Shown here: positions 9,996-19,974 of the stretch, one piece after another
Layout: each line of letters begins with the position of its first letter
Numbering within the stretch: position 1 is the stretch's first letter
From: Patescibacteria group bacterium
GTDB taxonomy: Bacteria > Patescibacteriota > Dojkabacteria > JAKAPS01 > JAJZLI01
Assembly (NCBI GenBank): GCA_023380695.1
Contig: JAMCRT010000030.1
Coordinates: forward strand, 3,978-67,977
Direction of reading: 5' to 3'
DNA: 64,000 nucleotides
Notes under the pieces: generated by a model
What the model saw: the letters and a program-made list of their open reading frames with translations, nothing else
What the model was told of the DNA's origin: nothing
Databases searched by the model: none
Program-made: the position numbers and the translations under genes

Positions 9996-10367
9996 TTATG
10001 CACTACCTATATCAGATGTAGATGCAGGTATATCTATATAAACCTGTTTCCACCTACCCCAAGGAAAAACTGGAAATCCTCCCATTACTAATACTGGATT
10101 TCCAAACTTATCACGATGGCAAGCCAATGGGCCCCCCAAATTTCTATACATTCTATTCAACACTAATAATATACACAATAAAACTATACCAATAAACCAA
10201 CCCAGTCCCCATCCTACCAACATATCTAAGCCCCAAATAATAGGAAAAATGAGTATCCATAAGACAAATAATATTATAGCAAAGTAGCGCAATGTATGCA
10301 GTGAATATCGCGACGTACCTTTACGGGTTACATAACGAAGATCTATAGGTTTCTCATTCTTATTCAT
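9996..10367 (-). CDS. Small membrane protein, hypothetical
   Basis: Two hydrophobic helices, Trp/Gly-rich. I recognise no family. Confidence 0.35.
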   Translation of the reverse strand: MNKNEKPIDLRYVTRKGTSRYSLHTLRYFAIILFVLWILIFPIIWGLDMLVGWGLGWFIGIVLLCILLVLNRMYRNLGGPLACHRDKFGNPVLVMGGFPVFPWGRWKQVYIDIPASTSDIGSA

Positions 10368-10430
10368 ATAAAAATATTATTAACATAGACATTGAGCTTC
10401 GTCAATACTAATAATTATAAATCTATAATA

Positions 10431-11861
10431 TTAAAACATCAGAAGAAATAAGATATATGGAATAGTTAATATTTCATCTTTATAATCTAGAGCAAATTTT
10501 GTATCAATAATAATTCTCTTATCTATTTTAAGTTTCGAAGATAAACTACCAAAATTTCTTGAAAATCCTATATTACAAGAAGTAAGTCCATTTATTCCAT
10601 TTATAATAAAATCTATTTTTTTCTCTCTATCTCTGTAATATTCAATTGATGATCTATCAAATTTTTGAAGCAATGAAATAAGAACTATATTAGATATATA
10701 TTTTGAAAATAATACTGTGTCTGATAAAATTTCTTCTTCTCTAATTTTAAAAATACTATTTCTTATACCTATATCAATAAGAAAAATTTTAATGTTTGAA
10801 CTTTTATTGATATTCTCTCTGAATTTATTTATAGGAACAATAAGATTTGAATTGGTTAAAAGTTTTATATATCTTTCAAGAGTTTCTCTGTGCAAAGACA
10901 TCTCTTTTTTCAAAGAATTCAGGGAAATTTCATCTCCAAAATTTGAAGAAAGCTGAAAAAATAAATTTGAAAGCTGTGATGTATTTTTAATATCTTCTAA
11001 AATATATATATCTTGAAGTAGTACTTTTTCTATTTGGGTCTGATATAAATATTCATATTGTAATCCTCTCCCATGTATCTCCCAACCCTCTATAAATCCA
11101 CCTATCGTAAGATACTTATAAAATAGAGAAAACAATTCATCTTCAAATAAAGTCATATCTACCATAATATCTCTAAATTTTGAAAATACTTCTAGAAAAT
11201 TCATATTTTCAAAAGAAAAGTAAACTTCATGTATTGAAGATAATATTTTTAATATATTTTCTCTAAATGATGTACCTAAAAGATCATTTGAAAAAACATT
11301 AAACTCTACGAATTCATAAAATGAAAAAGGATATATTTTAAAATCTTTTATCCTCCCTGCTAAAGATTCCCTGCTTTTTGAAAGAATTGATGAAGATACA
11401 GAGCCTGATATTACAAACCTTATATTCATTCCCTTATCATAATATTTTTTCAAAAAAAGCTCCCATCCAGGAAATTTATGAATTTCATCTATAAAAAAGT
11501 ATATTTTTTCAGAACCAATCTTTTTCTTTAATATATACTTACTATATAAAGCAATAATATCATCAAAAACAGTATTTGGATCTCTAGATAATATATATGG
11601 ATCATCCATAGAAATATATAATATATTAGACGGAGAAATATCTGATTGTTTTGAAAGATCAAAAATAAGCTGTTTTAATATGGTAGTTTTACCTACTCTA
11701 CGAGGCCCAGTGATTGAAATTATCTGTTTTATACTATCTAAATTCTCTAAAATCGTAGAATACACATTTCTTCTAAAAACAGGAATGTCTAATAAATAAT
11801 CAATATTTTTAATATGTGGATTATAAAATTCTATTGTTTTAAGTAAGGTATAATCATCCAT
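10431..11861 (-). CDS. COG1373-type AAA+ ATPase (ATPase with DUF4143-like C-terminus)
   Basis: Walker A motif ITGPRRVGKTTILKQL. The length and architecture are typical of the archaeal/bacterial 'predicted ATPase (AAA+ superfamily)' family. Confidence 0.7.
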   Translation of the reverse strand: MDDYTLLKTIEFYNPHIKNIDYLLDIPVFRRNVYSTILENLDSIKQIISITGPRRVGKTTILKQLIFDLSKQSDISPSNILYISMDDPYILSRDPNTVFDDIIALYSKYILKKKIGSEKIYFFIDEIHKFPGWELFLKKYYDKGMNIRFVISGSVSSSILSKSRESLAGRIKDFKIYPFSFYEFVEFNVFSNDLLGTSFRENILKILSSIHEVYFSFENMNFLEVFSKFRDIMVDMTLFEDELFSLFYKYLTIGGFIEGWEIHGRGLQYEYLYQTQIEKVLLQDIYILEDIKNTSQLSNLFFQLSSNFGDEISLNSLKKEMSLHRETLERYIKLLTNSNLIVPINKFRENINKSSNIKIFLIDIGIRNSIFKIREEEILSDTVLFSKYISNIVLISLLQKFDRSSIEYYRDREKKIDFIINGINGLTSCNIGFSRNFGSLSSKLKIDKRIIIDTKFALDYKDEILTIPYILFLLMF

Positions 11862-12079
11862 TGAAATTAATATACACTAAACCATAAAAAATTGCAAACA
11901 ATATTTTCTGTAAGAATATAAAAGATTGTAGAATATATAAACATATAATAAGTTCTAGAAATTAGAGAAATATTGTTAGTAAAATAATAAATAGTGCCTT
12001 CCCCTCATAATTTTGCTCCAGTATATTGTTAAAAACTTAATTGAGTTTAAACTTTTCTTTGGTTTTTTCTCTAGTAAAA

Positions 12080-12230
12080 TGCTATTCAATTTCTCTGTCT
12101 ATTTCCCACTTCTTTTTCTCCAAGAACTTCTATAAGTGTTTCCTTGTTGTGGGCATTGAGATTGTTTTCAACTAGCATAATCTTCTTTTTGTACCTAGGT
12201 ATTCTGATAGTCCATTTTTCCACCTTTGGT
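12080..12230 (-). pseudogene. Possible degraded transposase fragment (IS630/Tc1-like)
   Basis: My minus-strand translation ...PKVEKWTIRIPRYKKKIMLVENNLNAHNKETLIEVLGEKE resembles the catalytic-region stretch (kkivlilDNaxxHxxkel) of IS630-family transposases. It is short and has no complete ORF. Confidence 0.2.
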
Positions 12231-12524
12231 TCAGTGGTATTGACAATGGCACATACATATAGTGCTATGAAACAATATTAATGATTATTGTATCATAGAC
12301 ATACTATTACGAATCAACATTTAAACGATTTAGTAAAAAATTGGTGGAACAACCCCTTACCAACCATATTTCAAAAACCTAAGTTTGACAGTGAGTCACA
12401 GAAGTTTCGTATAATAATTATAGACTACATTATGCGCTAAAAGGTAAAACTCTCTCAGAGACATAGAATGCTTATAGCTACAGTCTAAATAGTGTCAAAA
12501 TCTCTGACACTTACACATCCATCC

Positions 12525-13829
12525 TCATATTTTAGATATATCTCTTGGAGAGAATTCATTTAAAATCCAATTAAAAACAATTTTGATTTTTGAGCCTTTA
12601 CCAAAGATTTCCGATAGATAAAATAGTTTCCATATGACCCAAGCTATCTTTTTTGTAAAGAATTTATTTCCGATTTGAGCAACTGCATTTCTTTTCCCAA
12701 GAGATAAAAGTAATCCTTTTTGATGCAACTTAAATTCTAAAAGAGGATTCCCTTCAATAGAATTTAGTATATTTATAGCACAAATTTTTGATTGATCTGT
12801 GGCAGTTTGAGCAAGCATAGGTAGATTCATATTCTCAATGTCTGCAACATCTCCTATAGTAAAAATATTCTCTTTATCTTTTAGGTTAAGATATTTTGTT
12901 GTAAGATATCTTCCTGTATCAGATAAGGCATAACTTTTATCCATTTTTATAATATTGGGAGATACTCCTGCAGACCAAATAAGAATATCATAATTTAGAG
13001 ATTTTCCATCTTCTAGATAAACTGTATCTTTATCCACCCTTATAACGTGCGCATTAAATACAATATCTATAGGAATATTTTTACCAAAATTATCTAATAC
13101 ATATTTTTTTATCTTTTCAGGAAATCCTTTAAGAAAATCAGAAGATGAATTTAATATTTTAATATCTATGTTATGAAAATCTCTGTTAAGTTTTGTATAA
13201 AAGGGTAATAGCTCATCTATAAGTTGAGATACTTCTACCCCTACCTCTATTCCAGTGGGTCCCCCACCAACAATTAAAATATTAATATCACAAGCATCTT
13301 TAATCAATTCATCCTTTTCAAATAAATCTATTAAACTATTTTTTAAAAGTATTGAATCATCTAAAGTTTTAAAGGGAATAGAATATTTTTTTGCCCCATC
13401 AATATTCCTATAGTTTATACTAGCACCACTAGCAACTACTAAATAATCAAAATTAACAATTTTCTCTCCAACCTTTAATGTATTAGATTTTGAATCTATA
13501 TAATCTACTCTCCCCAATATAAATCCATCCATACAACATGTAATGTTTTCTCTCACTGGAGTTATAATATCTTCTGGAAAAAGAACTCCAGAGGATACTT
13601 CTGGTAAAAGTGGTGTAAAAAGAAAATAGTTTTTATCAGAAATAACAGTAAATGAAACTAATTTATTTTTATGCGTTAGTTTATGAAGATTTAAATATGT
13701 AAATATACCTCCAAACCCACCACCAACAATTATTACCTTTTTACTAACCATAAGTTCATTTAAATAAAGATTTATTAATATATTATGAAATGTTTCTTTT
13801 TTTATTGCAAATAACACACCCCCTTGCAA
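12525..13829 (-). CDS. ndh: Type II NADH:quinone oxidoreductase (NDH-2) family FAD-dependent oxidoreductase
   Basis: Two Rossmann dinucleotide motifs: KKVIIVGGGFGG and ILIVGGGPTGIEVGVEV. Confidence 0.75.
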   Translation of the reverse strand: MQGGVLFAIKKETFHNILINLYLNELMVSKKVIIVGGGFGGIFTYLNLHKLTHKNKLVSFTVISDKNYFLFTPLLPEVSSGVLFPEDIITPVRENITCCMDGFILGRVDYIDSKSNTLKVGEKIVNFDYLVVASGASINYRNIDGAKKYSIPFKTLDDSILLKNSLIDLFEKDELIKDACDINILIVGGGPTGIEVGVEVSQLIDELLPFYTKLNRDFHNIDIKILNSSSDFLKGFPEKIKKYVLDNFGKNIPIDIVFNAHVIRVDKDTVYLEDGKSLNYDILIWSAGVSPNIIKMDKSYALSDTGRYLTTKYLNLKDKENIFTIGDVADIENMNLPMLAQTATDQSKICAINILNSIEGNPLLEFKLHQKGLLLSLGKRNAVAQIGNKFFTKKIAWVIWKLFYLSEIFGKGSKIKIVFNWILNEFSPRDISKI

Positions 13830-13859
13830 TAATCTATAAGATATAGTATACTGTGTATT

Positions 13860-14918
13860 ATGGAACTAGAAACTGAGTCACAATCTAATATTGATAGCAA
13901 ATCTAGAGATAAAGCACTCAATTTATTTTTAGGTGAATTAGATAGAAGACTAATATATAATGCTCTTCATATTAATCATGCAGAAGAAGAGAAATATGCA
14001 GATGGTCAGTGGAGAGAATTCTCTGATGAAAACAGCATTGATACACTTCTTGAAAGTCTTGAAGGAAAGGGTACAAAATGGAGAATATCTGAAGATGATG
14101 AATCTCTATATAAAGGACCAAAAGGTTATGGTACTGGAAATCGCGAATATGGGTATGCATCAATAGGTAGGGAGGCTCTTGAAGAAGATTTTAAAAGAGG
14201 GTTTTCATATCACATATTATATTCAGATAAGCAAGATCCACTATGTTTTGTTAAAGTTAAAGAAAATGAAGCTATCCAAGTTAGAGTAAAAGGTGATGAT
14301 ATTGAGTTAGCAATGGATATTAGTGAAACATTAAAGAGATTCCTTCTTTCTTCTAGGCTTACAATGAATGAAACAGTACAAAGAAATTTAGTACATACCA
14401 TAACTCTTTCTGGAATTGCAAGAAAATTAGAAAATGGAGAATCTTTAACTAGAGATGAATTAGCCTTTATTTATGGAATTGATAAAAAACCAGCAACATT
14501 TGTTGCTATTAAGGAAACTAAGGCATATATAGGTAGAATAAAAAGACAAAGAAAAAGAAAAGGAATGGAAACAGAAGATTTAGCAACTATTTTTTCATGT
14601 GATGAACAGAATGTAGCACTTGGCAGAAATGAATTAGATGAAAATACAAATGTATTAGTTTTAGGTCCATATCATCAAATTGCAAAAAAAATTAGACTTA
14701 ACCCGAAGTTTTACCCAAATTTAAAAGCAGTTATTGGTAAAATAGAACTAGAAGGAGATAATACAAATAATATCTTATATCTCAATGGGGAATTTCATAG
14801 AAGATATGAGACAAAAAATAACATACCTCATATCAAAGGAATGGAGAAGATACAGTTACCTGAAGGTGAAACTTCAGTAATTTATCATCACGACATTCAC
14901 AATACACTCATTAAATAA
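13860..14918 (+). CDS. Hypothetical protein
   Basis: Long intact ORF. I recognise no family. Confidence 0.45.
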   Translation: MELETESQSNIDSKSRDKALNLFLGELDRRLIYNALHINHAEEEKYADGQWREFSDENSIDTLLESLEGKGTKWRISEDDESLYKGPKGYGTGNREYGYASIGREALEEDFKRGFSYHILYSDKQDPLCFVKVKENEAIQVRVKGDDIELAMDISETLKRFLLSSRLTMNETVQRNLVHTITLSGIARKLENGESLTRDELAFIYGIDKKPATFVAIKETKAYIGRIKRQRKRKGMETEDLATIFSCDEQNVALGRNELDENTNVLVLGPYHQIAKKIRLNPKFYPNLKAVIGKIELEGDNTNNILYLNGEFHRRYETKNNIPHIKGMEKIQLPEGETSVIYHHDIHNTLIK

Positions 14919-14986
14919 TATAGTGTATACCTCGTATATATATTTTCTATTGTTATTTTAAAATGTATATGATATAAAAAAATTTA

Positions 14987-15853
14987 ATGAATAATGATGA
15001 CTCAAATACAACACCTACAACAAATGACAGTAGCCCTATTATAGAAGAAAATACCTCTACTAACCAAAATAATACATTCAATGAAGAAATCCCAAGTTAT
15101 AATGATAATGTCCCTACTACACAAGAGGTACCAAATAATAATACGGAAACTGCACAAAATAATATTCCTCCATATGAGACACCAATAAATTCTCAGCCTG
15201 CTATGACAGAAAACAATGATATATATGCAACACAAAACAACATAAACAATATGGAAAATAATCAATATAATGCTACTAATCCATTTGTTACAAACAATAC
15301 AAATGTAGAAACAGAATCTCCTGAGTTAAAATGGAATTGGGGAGCTTTCATGTTTAACTGGATATACTTTATGTCATTTAAGACTTCTTTAGGCTTTGCT
15401 ATTTTTGCAATCATAATATTTGGTACCGTTATAATTGATCTTATATTAATGCTACTTATGCCTACAGGTCTCAAAGCTGTATCAATTATTGGAGAAATAC
15501 TTGTGTTACTTATGTTTTTAATACCTTTTATAATTTCAATATATTTTGGTATGAAAGGCTCGAAAATAGTATGGGACCACACAGAACACACATCAGTTAA
15601 AGAATTTAATGCATCTCAAAAAATACTCAATAGGTTTGGATTTATAACATTTATAGTTATGTTAATTTTAATAGTGTTATACTTTATTATAATAACAATT
15701 GTCATTCTTGCTGCATCACAATTCCTGCATGCATTTGCTAATAATCATGCACCAAGTACTTCTTATGGATCATTTAACACACAACAAACACCATCATATA
15801 TACCTTCACAAACAAGTCCTTCAAATAGTGGAGGGGCATTTACATATCCATAA
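14987..15853 (+). CDS. Membrane protein with an N/T/Q-rich N-terminus and a DUF2628-like WNWGAF motif
   Basis: WNWGAFMFNWIYFMSFK is followed by three TM helices. Confidence 0.45.
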   Translation: MNNDDSNTTPTTNDSSPIIEENTSTNQNNTFNEEIPSYNDNVPTTQEVPNNNTETAQNNIPPYETPINSQPAMTENNDIYATQNNINNMENNQYNATNPFVTNNTNVETESPELKWNWGAFMFNWIYFMSFKTSLGFAIFAIIIFGTVIIDLILMLLMPTGLKAVSIIGEILVLLMFLIPFIISIYFGMKGSKIVWDHTEHTSVKEFNASQKILNRFGFITFIVMLILIVLYFIIITIVILAASQFLHAFANNHAPSTSYGSFNTQQTPSYIPSQTSPSNSGGAFTYP

Positions 15854-15876
15854 TGCTTGATTAAACAATCCCTTCT

Positions 15877-17142
15877 TTGTATAGTTATAATATGGAAGAA
15901 TATTCATATACAGCTGTTTCAAAAGGATCTAGTGATAAAGGAACAATACAGGCAACTGATAAAGAAGAAGCATTAAAAAAATTGCATGACCTTGGATATA
16001 CAGTAACAGAATTAAAATCATCAGCATCAAAAGATAAAAACAATCTCAATAAAGCTAAAGTAAAAATAGTAGAAAAATTGCTCTTTTTTGATCATCTGGA
16101 AAAAATGATAAATGCAGGACTATCTCTTTCGGACACACTTGATGCCTTAGTAGATGATGCACAGACAAAAAATTTCAAAAAGATAATTATGGATTTGAAA
16201 TTTGAAATAGAGTCTGGAGATAAATTAAGTAGAGGTATGTCTAAATATCCCAAAATTTTTTCTTCAATTGAAACCAAAATGATAGATATAGGAGAAGTTA
16301 GTGGGTCTCTTGCAGAAAATGCAAAACTAATAAAAGATCAAGTTCAAAAAACATATGATTTAAGAAAAAAAGTGAAAAGTGCAATGATGTATCCTATTAT
16401 AATAGCATCAGTAATGCTTATTGTAGGTACAGGTCTAATAATATTTGTATATCCTCAACTTGCTACGATGTTTAAAAATTCAGGAGAAAAACTTCCACTT
16501 CCAACAGTTATAATGATCACAATATCAAATATTGTCACACATTATTGGTTTTTTACCATACTTTTTATAGTTGCCCTAGTTATAGTAATACGAATACTTT
16601 TAAGAAATCCCAAATTCAAGTATATGTGGAATAAAATATCTATACATATACCTATATTTGGAGAATTAATAAAAAAAATAAATGTAACAAATTTTTCAAG
16701 AACACTAGGAAACCTTATTAAAAGTGGGATCAAAATAAATGATGCAGTTAATATTACAAAAGATACTATTCCAAATGAAGCATATAAAAAAGTTATAGCT
16801 GAACTAGAAAATAATGTAGAAAGAGGAGACCCAGTTGAAGAAACATTAAAAAAATATCCTAAGTTATTTCCCCCTATATCAGTTCGTATGATAGCAATAG
16901 GAGATAAAACAGGAAATACTGCAGATATGCTTTTATCAGTTGCAGAATTTTATCAAACTCAAATAGATGATACTCTAGATAACCTTTCAACAATAATAGA
17001 ACCAATAATGCTTTTTGTAATGGGAGGCGGAGTTTTGTTAATTGCACTCTCAGTTATTGCCCCAATTTATCAAATGACAGGAAGTATCAATGCAAATACA
17101 GGATCTTCTTCGTCTAGTAGTTCAAGTACAAATGGACAATAA
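15877..17142 (+). CDS. pilC: Type IV pilus inner-membrane platform protein (GspF/PilC family)
   Basis: Two T2SSF repeats (...LSRGMSKYPKIFSSIETKMIDIGEVSGSLAENAKLI...). Three TM segments. Poly-Ser C-terminal tail. Confidence 0.9.
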   Translation: MYSYNMEEYSYTAVSKGSSDKGTIQATDKEEALKKLHDLGYTVTELKSSASKDKNNLNKAKVKIVEKLLFFDHLEKMINAGLSLSDTLDALVDDAQTKNFKKIIMDLKFEIESGDKLSRGMSKYPKIFSSIETKMIDIGEVSGSLAENAKLIKDQVQKTYDLRKKVKSAMMYPIIIASVMLIVGTGLIIFVYPQLATMFKNSGEKLPLPTVIMITISNIVTHYWFFTILFIVALVIVIRILLRNPKFKYMWNKISIHIPIFGELIKKINVTNFSRTLGNLIKSGIKINDAVNITKDTIPNEAYKKVIAELENNVERGDPVEETLKKYPKLFPPISVRMIAIGDKTGNTADMLLSVAEFYQTQIDDTLDNLSTIIEPIMLFVMGGGVLLIALSVIAPIYQMTGSINANTGSSSSSSSSTNGQ

Positions 17143-17581
17143 TAAAGGATTTACATTAATAGAAATATTAATAGTAATAGTAATTCTTGCAATAATATCA
17201 ACTACTGCAGTACTATCCTATATAACATTCCTTACAGACACAAATCTTCAAAGCTCAATTCAAACAATATCATCAATAGTAAAAACTGCACAAGATAATT
17301 CTATAAATTCATTTGATGGTATGCCAAACTGGGGAATATATTTCACAAAAAATAGTATTACTCTATTTGAAGGAGGATCATATAACAGTGATAATCCAAC
17401 CAATAAGATTTACACCCTACCTTCAGATATTGGAATCTCTAATATTACACCAACAACATCAAATCCAGTTGTATTTGATGGCCCAACAGGGAATCTTTCA
17501 ACGGGAGATATATCATTTGCACTTGGGAATATTATATCGCAAGATAATATGAATATAAATACAAATGGAGCAATATATTAA
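17132..17581 (+). CDS. Prepilin-type (type IV pilin / pseudopilin) protein
   Basis: MDNNKGFTLIEILIVIVILAII is a canonical class III signal peptide with G/FTLIE. The start is set at the internal Met rather than the ORF-track start at 17090. Confidence 0.8.
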   Translation: MDNNKGFTLIEILIVIVILAIISTTAVLSYITFLTDTNLQSSIQTISSIVKTAQDNSINSFDGMPNWGIYFTKNSITLFEGGSYNSDNPTNKIYTLPSDIGISNITPTTSNPVVFDGPTGNLSTGDISFALGNIISQDNMNINTNGAIY

Positions 17582-18062
17582 AAACAATAAAGGTCAAATA
17601 TTAATAGAGCTGATCATTGCAGTTGCAATAATTTCTATTATTTTATCTTCTACCCTAATTGCTACACACTCAATTCTGCAAAGTTCTACTGTATCAAAAC
17701 AAAAACTTGAAGCAAAATATTTATTACAACAACAAATAGAATCTATGTATGCAATAGTAAACTCCTCTTGGGCTAATCTTTTACCAGGTGAGTATCATGT
17801 ATACTATAACCCTACAAATAATCCGCCAACAGAAACTCAAGGATGGAAGTTAGGAGTAGATACAATGGCATATAATGAATATACAGAATATATAACAATA
17901 TCCAATGTTTACAGAGTTAACTCCAATCAAGTTACATCAAACAGTACTTACCCATATGATCCAAATACAAAAGAAGTAACAGCGACAGTGACATTTAAAT
18001 CTTTCGGAAATAATTATACATACAACGAGAGTATTTATTTTACTAATTGGCAACAATACTAA
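17565..18062 (+). CDS. Minor pilin-like protein
   Basis: NNKGQILIELIIAVAIISIIL is a prepilin-like N-terminus with Gln at +1 and Glu at +5. Confidence 0.6.
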   Translation: MEQYIKNNKGQILIELIIAVAIISIILSSTLIATHSILQSSTVSKQKLEAKYLLQQQIESMYAIVNSSWANLLPGEYHVYYNPTNNPPTETQGWKLGVDTMAYNEYTEYITISNVYRVNSNQVTSNSTYPYDPNTKEVTATVTFKSFGNNYTYNESIYFTNWQQY

Positions 18063-18559
18063 TGATAAATAATAAAGGGCAAACATTAATAGAGCTTATA
18101 ATCTACATATCTATATTATCTGTAGTTTTATTAATTGTTACTCTAATTTTGTTTAACTTAGTACAAACACAAAATATAATTATAACAACAGCAAATGCAA
18201 ATGACACAACCAGATATGTACTGCATGATATAACAGGATATATAGAAGATGGATATATGACAACAGAGCCTAATCCACAAAACGCAACATCTAGTATATT
18301 AACAGTACAAACAGACTCTTCAGGAGATAAAATAAGTTTTTACACAAAAAATGGAATTATCTATTCACAATATAATGATAGCACCCCTATTCAGTTATCC
18401 TCATCAAACATATATATTTATAATATGACATTTTATGAAGAGGCAACGTCAGGAACGTCACCAACAATTGAAATAAATCTATCTGAAACAAATACTCTAT
18501 CAACAGGAGTTAAAACAACTAAAACTTATGAAACTACTGCAACGCAAAGGAGACAATAA
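18047..18559 (+). CDS. Minor pilin-like protein
   Basis: NNKGQTLIELIIYISILSVVL. Confidence 0.6.
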   Translation: MATILMINNKGQTLIELIIYISILSVVLLIVTLILFNLVQTQNIIITTANANDTTRYVLHDITGYIEDGYMTTEPNPQNATSSILTVQTDSSGDKISFYTKNGIIYSQYNDSTPIQLSSSNIYIYNMTFYEEATSGTSPTIEINLSETNTLSTGVKTTKTYETTATQRRQ

Positions 18560-19931
18560 AGGGCAAACAGCATTAATTAGTGTACTGCTGATTAGTGCAA
18601 TATTAATAGTGGTCGTAGCAACCATAGGGTCTGTCGCTGTTAATGAATATAAGTTGTCTTCAAATGATATTTTAGCATCTCAAGTAAGATATCTTGCAGA
18701 ATCTGGAGTACAAAATGCTCTGCTTCAAATTGGAGAGAGTACTAGTTATACAGGAGGGACATTTTTATCAGATATAAACAATACTTTTAGCTCAAAAGAT
18801 ACAGTAACTGTTACTTATAATAATTCTCTAACCCCACCGCAGGCTACAATAGTATCAAGTGCTGATGCATATTATCCTAACACTTCTAATATTATTATTG
18901 AAAAAAATATACAAGTAGTAATTGCTCTTGCTCAAAATCCAGCAATTTACAACTTTGATACATTTGCAAATAACAATATCAACGCAGAATATTTTACACA
19001 GACAGGAGATATGCAGGCTAATAATCTATTATATCTTCAAAATGGATCTGTAACCGCAACAAATATCAATGCTGTTGGGAATGGAGGGGGAGATCTTAAT
19101 TACTTAGATCACATGACTATACAAAATAGTGGAGGAGTAATGAATTTAAATAGTAATTTCATATCTTGCCTTATCACAAATTCTACAATCAGCGGAACAC
19201 TCGGCTATGGGGAGAGTTTTTTTGGATTTCCTCTCTGTTTCCTCATAAATTCTACAACAGGTTCAGAAGAACAAATAACTCCAGCACCCCTTATAGCACT
19301 ACCAACTTTCAATTGGAGTCAATGGATAACATATGCACAAAATAATGGTACCTATTTCTCCAATGGGCAATCCTTCACCACTTATCTTCAAAATTATTCA
19401 ACAATATCAGGAGGAATTGATACAATATCACCTCCAAAAGGAGCCTACTATATTAATGCCAATGCCAATTCAGTAAAACTCTCATCTACTGATTCTGCAG
19501 GAAATCCGATAATTTATAACTTTACTGGTTCAAGCATAATAGTCAAAGGAGGTTTGAGTACTAGTGCTCCAATAACACAAACTAGTACATATCAAGACCC
19601 TGCTGACGGGAAATATCTTCCTGCAATAGTAACTGGAAAGCAGGGAATAAGTTTGAGGTTTTCAGAATCCTCAAGCCCTGCATCAGCTACAAATATTACT
19701 GGAGTTATTTATTCAGAAGGAAATATTAACCTTGTAGGATATGATGCAAATCAAATATCTATTACACTAACAGGAGCAATATGGTCAGGAAAATCAATAA
19801 ATATTAATAATGAAGATACACTCTATACAAATGTATCAACATCAATAAATTCAAGTGTAATAGATAATACGGAAGGATTTAACTTATCTCTAACTAAAAC
19901 TCAAATTTTATCCTGGAATGAAATTGACTAA
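18528..19931 (+). CDS. Large pilin-like protein (PilX/tip-associated-like) lacking Glu5
   Basis: DNKGQTALISVLLISAILIVVVATIG is a prepilin-like N-terminus, 467 aa, with a Gly/Asn/Thr-rich body. Confidence 0.45.
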   Translation: MKLLQRKGDNKGQTALISVLLISAILIVVVATIGSVAVNEYKLSSNDILASQVRYLAESGVQNALLQIGESTSYTGGTFLSDINNTFSSKDTVTVTYNNSLTPPQATIVSSADAYYPNTSNIIIEKNIQVVIALAQNPAIYNFDTFANNNINAEYFTQTGDMQANNLLYLQNGSVTATNINAVGNGGGDLNYLDHMTIQNSGGVMNLNSNFISCLITNSTISGTLGYGESFFGFPLCFLINSTTGSEEQITPAPLIALPTFNWSQWITYAQNNGTYFSNGQSFTTYLQNYSTISGGIDTISPPKGAYYINANANSVKLSSTDSAGNPIIYNFTGSSIIVKGGLSTSAPITQTSTYQDPADGKYLPAIVTGKQGISLRFSESSSPASATNITGVIYSEGNINLVGYDANQISITLTGAIWSGKSININNEDTLYTNVSTSINSSVIDNTEGFNLSLTKTQILSWNEID

Positions 19932-19974
19932 TATGTATTTTGTATTCTATCAAAAAAGTTTGTAATATAAAGAT

